Assembly: GCA_040954595.2 (NCBI GenBank)
Contig: CM082589.2
Location: 1,029,909-1,093,908, forward strand
Source: Balanoglossus misakiensis
Lineage: Eukaryota; Animalia; Hemichordata
Length of the DNA: 64,000 bases
Direction of reading: 5' to 3'
A model generated the notes under the pieces. It searched no databases and had not been told where the DNA came from. It saw only the letters and a list, made by a program, of their open reading frames with translations. Both the position numbers and the translations under genes were made by a program. Positions 54,201 to 64,000 of this stretch are shown in pieces (the stretch's first letter is position 1; each line of letters starts with the position of its first letter).

Positions 54201-54568
54201 TGGTCACTCGCGAGCATCAGTTATCTGGCACAGAACACAGGTATGTCTGTTAAACTCACTTCAGTGATCAAATAATTCCACCCCTACTTTGGTAGATGAA
54301 GTCATTCACAATCAATGAAAATGTGATGTTCGTAACATATACATGTAGTCACTTTGACAGGTTTTGAGATGAAATTATGGAAAAAAATACTTCCTTATAG
54401 TTTTTGTTTTTTCTCTAGGTTGTTGGTATATTTGCTGGTTTTGGAGTTTTGTTACTTGTGGCCTCGCCGTTTCTGTTGCTGGCTGCACCTTGTATCTTGT
54501 GCTGTAAGTGCAAAGTTTGCCGATGTTGTGATGACGACGATGATGGCATCTCTGGTCTGCCGTCATGA
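51286..54568 (+). CDS. RNF144: RBR E3 ubiquitin ligase RNF144A/B-like (RING1-IBR-RING2 plus transmembrane segment)
   Basis: Exons 51286-51429, 52543-52647, 53016-53076, 53225-53334, 53540-53670, 53918-54062, 54151-54240, 54419-54568. Motifs [117 protein letters not shown]. Confidence 0.95.
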
Positions 54569-55993
54569 CAACGCAGCAAGTCGATGGCCAAGTCTGCTGA
54601 GAATTAATTCACAGAATTTTTCCTATTACACATCTCAACTACACAGCTGTGGTACATGTATATCAATTTGAAGATTAACTTGTAAATCGGGATTTTACCT
54701 GAAAATAAGTTAAATCTGCGTGTAACCAGGACTATACACAGATTCCAAATCAAGATATTTATCAACCACAGAAATAAACCTCATGAATTATATTTTTTAT
54801 AAACATGAAAAAATATTTCTGGAAACCATTTGAGTACATCTACTGTAGTCATCATTTATGTTTGGATAAAATGCCTGTGAAAACAGTTGCCATGGGGAGT
54901 CAACAGTTGCTATGGGAAACCAGCAAATTTGCTGTTGGAGACCACCATAGTTGCTGTTCTAATACACTGTCATGATTGCCATGAAAGATTATCAATTCCT
55001 AAGGACGGCCTATCAGTTTCAATCTGAAACCCCCAAAAAGGTTGCTATGGAAACCCACATGGTTGCTTTAAATAAAGAGACCACTGAATTGGAACTTTTT
55101 GATTCAGTTGTCATGGATACCAAGGTGAACTTGGCAACCCTGCAAACAATGGGTGTGTGGATTGTGTGTTAAGAAAACTGAACTTTTTACAACCGGTACA
55201 TAAGAGTCAGCGAAAGTTTCATTGTGATCATTACTTGAAAAATGGACATGTTGAAATCGACTATTATTTCATGACAAATTGGTATAAGATGTTTCAGTCC
55301 AGTCATAAATTATTGCTTATGTGGAACATGAAAATAAACCCTGAGAAAGTGTCAGGCTTGTTTGTGACAAAAATCAAAATGTGGTATTTATTTATGTTCT
55401 AGTTAGAAAAAAAAACATTGATTGTATTTGGTGCTTGAAAAAAGAACAGAATGAGCTAGTTATCATAAAGATGTTATTTAGAGGGAAACTCACTCATTCA
55501 GTAACATTTCAGAACTGGTATTTAATGTGGGGATAATACAGTGGGACATATTTGTACCAGGCGCCAAGAGTTCCGATTTATTTTATCAAAATTGATAGAA
55601 TGCGTATATATGTCAAAACAATATAAGATTTTCAATGTTTTTACATAGCACTGTAAATATTCTGAATATATGTATGTGTTATCAATATCTATATTATTAT
55701 TATCATCATCATCTTTGTGATATTTGTATCAGTACTGTATCAATTTCTTTATCTGTAACACCACCAGAAAATATCAACTCAACGTGCCTAAGCATGAAGT
55801 AAGTGCAAATATACATTGTGGTATCTTGAAAGAAGCTCATGTTTTTTCGCAAAATGTCCATGAGAGTGTATAGCATTAACAAATGAATTTTTGTTTGTAG
55901 ATATTAAATGGCTTCCATGTCACTTCCACAGTTACAGCCCTGCATTATCAACATCACTGGATATTTTAATGTATTTTCAGTTGTACATGTGGA

Positions 55994-55999
55994 AATAAA
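55994..55999 (+). terminator. Candidate distal poly(A) signal of RNF144
   Basis: AATAAA at the end of an AU-rich tract about 1.4 kb after the stop codon, with a TGTA motif just upstream. Confidence 0.5.
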
Positions 56000-56039
56000 A
56001 GCATTTTGTGAAAAAGTGTACTATTTTCCGTCTCTTATT

Positions 56040-59000
56040 TTGAAAATTCGCAAAGTCGAAAAATCGTCGATTTTGGAAGATTTTCATGAGCTATAACCCA
56101 TGATTTTCTTCAAAAAATGACCAAATTTGAAAATTCGCAAAGTCGAAAAATCGTCGATTTTTCAACATTTTCCTGAGCTATAACCCATGGTTTTTTCAAA
56201 AAATGACCAAATTTCGAAAATTCGCAAAGTCGAAAAATCGTCGAGTTTTCAACATTTTCCTGAGCTATAACCCATGGTTTTTTCAAAAAATGACCAAATT
56301 TCGAAAATTCGCAAAGTCGAAAAATCGTCGATTTTTCACCATTTTCCTGAGCTATAACCCATGGTTTTTTCAAAAAATGACCAATTTCGAAAATTCGCAA
56401 AGTCGAAAAATCGTCGATTTTTCACCATTTTCCTGAGCTATAACCCATGGTTTTTTCAAAAAATGACCAAATTTCGAAAATTCGCAAAGTCGAAAAATCG
56501 TCGATTTTTCACCACTTTCCTGAGCTATAACCCATGTTTTTTTCAAAAAATGACCAAATTTCGAAAATTCGCAAAGTCGAAAAATCGTCGATTTTTCACC
56601 ATTTTCCTGAGCTATAACCCATGGTTTTTTCAAAAAATGACCAAATTTCGAAAATTCGCAAAGTCGAAAAATCGTCGATTTTTCAACATTTTCCTGAGCT
56701 ATAACCCATGGTTTTTTTCAAAAAATGACCAAATTTCGAAAATTCGCAAAGTCGAAAAATCGTCGATTTTTCACCATTTTCCTGAGCTATAACCCATGGT
56801 TTTTTCAAAAAATGACCAAATTTCGAAAATTCGCACGCAAAGTCGAAAAATCGTCGATTTTTCAACATTTTCCTGAGCTATAACCCATGGTTTTTTTCAA
56901 AAAATGACCAAATTTCGAAAATTCGCAAAGTCGAAAAATCGTCGATTTTTCAACATTTTCCTGAGCTATAACCCATGGTTTTTTTTCAAAAAATGACCAA
57001 ATTTCGAAAATTCGCAAAGTCGAAAAATCGTCGATTTTTCACCATTTTCCTGAGCTATAACCCATGGTTTTTTCAAAAAATGACCAAATTTCGAAAATTC
57101 GCAAAGTCGAAAAATCGTCGATTTTTCACCATTTTCCTGAGCTATAACCCATGGTTTTTTCAAAAAATGACCAAATTTCGAAAATTCGCAAAGTCGAAAA
57201 ATCGTCGATTTTTCACCATTTTCCTGAGCTATAACCCATGGTTTTTTCAAAAAATGACCAAATTTCGAAAATTCGCAAAGACGAAAAATCGTCCATTTTT
57301 CAACATTTTCCTGAGCTATAACCCATGGTTTTTTTCAAAAAATGACCAAATTTCGAAAATTCGCAAAGTCGAAAAATCGTCCATTTTTCAACATTTTCCT
57401 GAGCTATAACCCATGGTTTTTTTCAAAAAATGACCAAATTTCGAAAATTCGCAAAGTCGAAAAATCGTCCATTTTTCAACATTTTCCTGAGCTATAACCC
57501 ATGGTTTTTTCAAAAAATGACCAAATTTCGAAAATTCGCAAAGTCGAAAAATCGTCCATTTTTCAACATTTTCCTGAGCCATAACCCATGGTTTTTTCAA
57601 AAAATGACCAAATTTCGAAAATTCGCAAAGTCGAAAAATCGTCGATTTTTCACCATTTTCCTGAGCTATAACCCATGGTTTTTTCAAAAAATGACCAAAT
57701 TTCGAAAATTCGCAAAGTCGAAAAATCGACGATTTTTCAACATTTTCCTGAGCTATAACCCATGGTTTTTTTCAAAAAATGACCAAATTTCGAAAATTCG
57801 CAAAGTCGAAAAATCGTCGATTTTTCACCATTTTCCTGAGCTATAACCCATGGTTTTTTCAAAAAATGACCAAATTTCGAAAATTCGCAAAGTCGAAAAA
57901 TCGTCGATTTTTCACCATTTTCCTGAGCTATAACCCATGGTTTTTTCAAAAAATGACCAAATTTCGAAAATTCGCAAAGTCGAAAAATCGTCGATTTTTC
58001 AACATTTTCCTGAGCTATAACCCATGGTTTTTTCAAAAAATGACCAAATTTCGAAAATTCGCAAAGTCGAAAAATCGTCGATTTTTCACCATTTTCCTGA
58101 GCTATAACCCATGGTTTTTTCAAAAAATGACCAAATTTCGAAAATTCGCAAAGTCGAAAAATCGTCGATTTTTCACCATTTTCCTGAGCTATAACCCATG
58201 GTTTTTTCAAAAAATGACCAAATTTCGAAAATTCGCAAAGTCGAAAAATCGTCGATTTTTCACCATTTTCCTGAGCTATAACCCATGGTTTTTTCAAAAA
58301 ATGACCAAATTTCGAAAATTCGCAAAGTCGAAAAATCGTCGATTTTTCACCATTTTCCTGAGCTATAACCCATGGTTTTTTCAAAAAATGACCAAATTTC
58401 GAAAATTCGCAAAGTCGAAAAATCGTCGATTTTTCACCATTTTCCTGAGCTATAACCCATGGTTTTTTCAAAAAATGACCAAATTTCGAAAATTCGCAAA
58501 GTCGAAAAATCGTCCATTTTTCACCATTTTCCTGAGCTATAACCCATGGTTTTTTTCAAAAAATGACCAAATTTCGAAAATTCGCAAAGTCGAAAAATCG
58601 TCCATTTTTCAACATTTTCCTGAGCTATAACCCATGGTTTTTTCAAAAAATGACCAAATTTCGAAAATTCGCAAAGTCGAAAAATCGTCCATTTCTTCAA
58701 CATTTTCCTGAGCCATAACCCATGGTTTTTTCAAAAAATGACCAAATTTCGAAAATTCGCAAAGTCGAAAAATCGTCCATTTTTCAACATTTTCCTGAGC
58801 TATAACCCATGGTTTTTTCAAAAAATGACCAAATTTCGAAAATTCGCAAAGTCGAAAAATCGACGATTTTTCAACATTTTCCTGAGCTATAACCCATGGT
58901 TTTTTTCAAAAAATGACCAAATTTCGAAAATTCGCAAAGTCGAAAAATCGTCGATTTTTCACCATTTTCCTGAGCTATAACCCATGGTTTTTTCAAAAAA

Positions 59001-62000
59001 TGACCAAATTTCGAAAATTCGCAAAGTCGAAAAATCGTCGATTTTTCACCATTTTCCTGAGCTATAACCCATGGTTTTTTCAAAAAATGACTAAATTTCG
59101 AAAATTCGCAAAGTCGAAAAATCGTCGATTTTTCAACATTTTCCTGAGCTATAACCCATGGTTTTTTCAAAAAATGACCAAATTTCGAAAATTCGCAAAG
59201 TCGAAAAATCGTCGATTTTTCACCATTTTCCTGAGCTATAACCCATGGTTTTTTCAAAAAATGACCAAATTTCGAAAATTCGCAAAGTCGAAAAATCGTC
59301 GATTTTTCACCATTTTCCTGAGCTATAACCCATGGTTTTTTCAAAAAATGACCAAATTTCGAAAATTCGCAAAGTCGAAAAATCGTCGATTTTTCACCAT
59401 TTTCCTGAGCTATAACCCATGGTTTTTTCAAAAAATGACCAAATTTCGAAAATTCGCAAAGTCGAAAAATCGTCGATTTTTCACCATTTTCCTGAGCTAT
59501 AACCCATGGTTTTTTCAAAAAATGACCAAATTTCGAAAATTCGCAAAGTCGAAAAATCGTCGATTTTTCACCATTTTCCTGAGCTATAACCCATGGTTTT
59601 TTCAAAAAATGACCAAATTTCGAAAATTCGCAAAGTCGAAAAATCGTCCATTTTTCACCATTTTCCTGAGCTATAACCCATGGTTTTTTTCAAAAAATGA
59701 CCAAATTTCGAAAATTCGCAAAGTCGAAAAATCGTCGATTTTTCACCATTTTCCTGAGCTATAACCCATGGTTTTTTCAAAAAATGACCAAATTTCGAAA
59801 ATTCGCAAAGTCGAAAAATCGTCGATTTTTCAACATTTTCCTGAGCTATAACCCATGGTTTTTTCAAAAAATGACCAAATTTCGAAAATTCGCAAAGTCG
59901 AAAAATCGTCGATTTTTCACCATTTTCCTGAGCTATAACCCATGGTTTTTTCAAAAATTGACCAAATTTCGAAAATTCGCAAAGTCGAAAAATCGTCGAT
60001 TTTTCAACATTTTCCTGAGCTATAACCCATGGTTTTTTCAAAAAATGACCAAATTTCGAAAATTCGCAAATTCGAAAAATCGTCGATTTTTCACCATTTT
60101 CCTGAGCTATAACCCATGGTTTTTTCAAAAAATGACCAAATTTCGAAAATTCGCAAAGTCGAAAAATCGTCCATTTTTCAACATTTTCCTGAGCTATAAC
60201 CCATGGTTTTTTTCAAAAAATGACCAAATTTCGAAAATTCGCAAAGTCGAAAAATCGTCGATTTTTCACCATTTTCCTGAGCTATAACCCATGGTTTTTT
60301 CAAAAAATGACCAAATTTCGAAAATTCGCAAAGTCGAAAAATCGTCGATTTTTCACCATTTTCCTGAGCTATAACCCATGGTTTTTTCAAAAAATGACCA
60401 AATTTCGAAAATTCGCAAAGTCGAAAAATCGTCGATTTTTCAACATTTTCCTGAGCTATAACCCATGGTTTTTTCAAAAAATGACCAAATTTCGAAAATT
60501 CGCAAAGTCGAAAAATCGTCGATTTTTCAACATTTTCCTGAGCTATAACCCATGGTTTTTTCAAAAAATGACCAAATTTCGAAAATTCGCAAAGTCGAAA
60601 AATCGTCGATTTTTCACCATTTTCCTGAGCTATAACCCATGGTTTTTTCAAAAAATGACCAAATTTCGAAAATTCGCAAAGTCGAAAAATCGTCGATTTT
60701 TCACCATTTTCCTGAGCTATAACCCATGGTTTTTTCAAAAAATGACCAAATTTCGAAAATTCGCAAAGTCGAAAAATCGTCGATTTTTCACCATTTTCCT
60801 GAGCTATAACCCATGGTTTTTTCAAAAAATGACCAAATTTCGAAAATTCGCAAAGTCGAAAAATCGTCGATTTTTCACCATTTTCCTGAGCTATAACCCA
60901 TGTTTTTTTTCAAAAAATGACCAAATTTCGAAAATTCGCAAAGTCGAAAAATCGTCCATTTTTCACCATTTTCCTGAGCTATAACCCATGGTTTTTTTCA
61001 AAAAATGACCAAATTTCGAAAATTCGCAAAGTCGAAAAATCGTCCATTTTTCAACATTTTCCTGAGCTATAACCCATGGTTTTTTTCAAAAAATGACCAA
61101 ATTTCGAAAATTCGCAAAGTCGAAAAATCGTCAATTTTTCAACATTTTCCTGAGCTATAACCCATGGTTTTTTTCAAAAAATGACCAAATTTCGAAAATT
61201 CGCAAAGTCGAAAAATCGTCCATTTTTCAACATTTTCCTGAGCTATAACCCATGGTTTTTTCAAAAAATGACCAAATTTCGAAAATTCGCAAAGTCGAAA
61301 AATCGTCGATTTTTCACCATTTTCCTGAGCTATAACCCATGGTTTTTTTCAAAAAATGACCAAATTTCGAAAATTCGCAAAGTCGAAAAATCGTCGATTT
61401 TTCACCATTTTCCTGAGCTATAACCCATGGTTTTTTCAAAAAATGACCAAATTTCGAAAATTCGCAAAGTCGAAAAATCGTCGATTTTTCAACATTTTCC
61501 TGAGCTATAACCCATGGTTTTTTCAAAAAATGACCAAATTTCGAAAATTCGCAAAGTCGAAAAATCGTCGATTTTTCACCATTTTCCTGAGCTATAACCC
61601 ATGGTTTTTCAAAAAATGACCAAATTTCGAAAATTCGCAAAGTCGAAAAATCGTCGATTTTTCACCATTTTCTGAGCTATAACCCATGGTTTTTTCAAAA
61701 AATGACCAAATTTCGAAAATTCGCAAAGTCGAAAAATCGTCCATTTTTCACCATTTTTCCTGAGCTATAACCCATGGTTTTTTTTCAAAAATGACCAAAT
61801 TTCGAAAATTCGCAAAGTCGAAAAATCGTCCATTTTTCAACATTTTCCTGAGCTATAACCCATGGTTTTTTTCAAAAAATGACCAAATTTCGAAAATTCG
61901 CAAAGTCGAAAAATCGTCCATTTTTCAACATTTTCCTGAGCTATAACCCATGGTTTTTTTTCAAAAAATGACCAAATTTCGAAATTCGCAAAGTCGAAAA

Positions 62001-64000
62001 ATCGTCCATTTTTCAACATTTTCCTGAGCTATAACCCATGGTTTTTTCAAAAAATGACCAAATTTCGAAAATTCGCAAAGTCGAAAAATCGTCGATTTTT
62101 CACCATTTTCCTGAGCTATAACCCATGGTTTTTTTCAAAAAATGACCAAAATTTCGAAAATTCGCAAAGTCGAAAATCGTCGATTTTTCACCATTTTCCT
62201 GAGCTATAACCCATGGTTTTTTCAAAAAATGACCAAATTTCGAAAATTCGCAAAGTCGAAAAATCGTCGATTTTTCAACATTTTCCTGAGCTATAACCCA
62301 TGGTTTTTTCAAAAATGACCAAATTTCGAAAATTCGCAAAGTCGAAAAATCGTCGATTTTTCACCATTTTCCTGAGCTATAACCCATGGTTTTTTCAAAA
62401 ATTGACCAATTTCGAAAATTCGCAAAGTCGAAAAATCGTCGATTTTTCAACATTTTCCTGAGCTATAACCCATGGTTTTTTCAAAAAATGACCAAATTTC
62501 GAAAATTCGCAAATTCGAAAAATCGTCGATTTTTCACCATTTTCCTGAGCTATAACCCATGGTTTTTTCAAAAAATGACCAAATTTCGAAAATTCGCAAA
62601 GTCGAAAAATCGTCCATTTTTCAACATTTTCCTGAGCTATAACCCATGGTTTTTTTTCAAAAAATGACCAAATTTCGAAAATTCGCAAAGTCGAAAAATC
62701 GTCGATTTTTCACCATTTTCCTGAGCTATAACCCATGGTTTTTTTCAAAAAATGACCAAATTTCGAAAATTCGCAAAGTCGAAAATCGTCCATTTTTCAA
62801 CATTTTCCTGAGCTATAACCCATGGTTTTTTTCAAAAAATGACCAAATTTCGAAAATTCGCAAAGTCGAAAAATCGTCCATTTTTCAACATTTTCCTGAG
62901 CTATAACCCATGGTTTTTTTCAAAAAATGACCAAATTTCGAAAATTCGCAAAGTCGAAAAATCGTCCATTTTTCAACATTTTCCTGAGCTATAACCCATG
63001 GTTTTTCAAAAAATGACCAAATTTCGAAAATTCGCAAAGTCGAAAAATCGTCGATTTTTCACCATTTTCCTGAGCTATAACCCATGGTTTTTTCAAAAAA
63101 TGACCAAATTTCGAAAATTCGCAAAGTCGAAAAATCGTCGATTTTTCACCATTTTCCTGAGCTATAACCCATGGTTTTTTCAAAAAATGACCAAATTTCG
63201 AAAATTCGCAAAGTCGAAAAATCGTCGATTTTTCAACATTTTCCTGAGCTATAACCCATGGTTTTTTCAAAAAATGACCAAATTTCGAAAATTCGCAAAG
63301 TCGAAAAATCGTCGATTTTTCACCATTTTCCTGAGCTATAACCCATGGTTTTTTCAAAAAATGACCCAAATTTCGAAATTCGCAAAGTCGAAAAATCGTC
63401 GATTTTTCAACATTTTCCTGAGCTATAACCCATGGTTTTTTCAAAAAATGACCAAATTTCGAAAATTCGCAAATTCGAAAAATCGTCGATTTTCACCATT
63501 TTCCTGAGCTATAACCCATGGTTTTTCAAAAATGACCAAATTTCGAAAATTCGCAAAGTCGAAAAATCGTCGATTTTTCAACATTTTCCTGAGCTATAAC
63601 CCATGGTTTTTTTCAAAAAATGACCAAATTTCGAAAATTCGCAAAGTCGAAAAATCGTCCATTTTTCAACATTTTCCTGAGCTATAACCCATGGTTTTTT
63701 CAAAAAATGACCAAATTTCGAAAATTCGCAAAGTCGAAAAATCGTCGATTTTTCACCATTTTCCTGAGCTATAACCCATGGTTTTTTCAAAAAATGACCA
63801 AATTTCGAAAATTCGCAAAGTCGAAAAATCGTCGATTTTTCAACATTTTCCTGAGCTTTAACCCATGGTTTTTTTCAAAAAATGACCAAATTTCGAAAAT
63901 CGCAAAGTCGAAAATCGTCGATTTTTCACATTTTCCTGAGCTATAACCCATGGTTTTTTCAAAAAATGACCAAATTTCGAAATTCGCAAAGTCGAAAAAT
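56040..64000. repeat. 87-bp satellite DNA array, about 90 copies, continuing beyond the window
   Basis: Consensus AAAATTCGCAAAGTCGAAAAATCGTCGATTTTTCA(C/A)CATTTTCCTGAGCTATAACCCATGGTTTTTTCAAAAAATGACCAAATTTCG. The period is confirmed by the 29-aa repeat in the ORF track. The first unit is diverged and the rest are near-identical. Confidence 0.98.

Noticed and set aside
56110-63946. Many long ORFs on both strands (MTKFRKFAKSKNRRFF... and MKKPWVIAQENGEKS... repeats)
   Set aside because: These are a by-product of an 87-bp unit (a multiple of 3) that lacks stops in some frames. They are broken at random by homopolymer indels and show no gene structure.
56040-64000. CRISPR-like appearance of palindromic repeats
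   Set aside because: There are no unique spacers, the units are head-to-tail and near-identical, there are no cas genes and the context is eukaryotic.

Overview
This is AT-rich, intron-containing animal genomic DNA. An invertebrate deuterostome is my guess from gene content and intron style and is not verified. From left to right: (1) an intronless 5-HT1-type serotonin receptor on the minus strand (7904-9049), apparently nested antisense inside a >23.7 kb intron of (2) a laminin alpha-1/2-like gene whose last six exons (LG4-LG5) lie at 23762-36031 (+); (3) a compact housekeeping block made of EIF2S1 (-), RAE1 (+), a short intronless phytochelatin-synthase-family gene (-), DEK (+) and an RNF144-type RBR ligase (+), including two head-to-head pairs; (4) an 87-bp satellite array that starts about 40 bp after the putative RNF144 poly(A) signal, shows higher-order structure and runs off the window. 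The introns contain TAA-flanked MITEs, a 30-32 bp minisatellite and probable non-autonomous Helitron-like remnants. The best novelty candidate is the catalytic-domain-only PCS homologue, which keeps the Cys-His-Asp triad but has altered substrate-binding motifs. Exon coordinates were read by eye from GT/AG sites and frame continuity and may be off by a few bases. No database searches were run.
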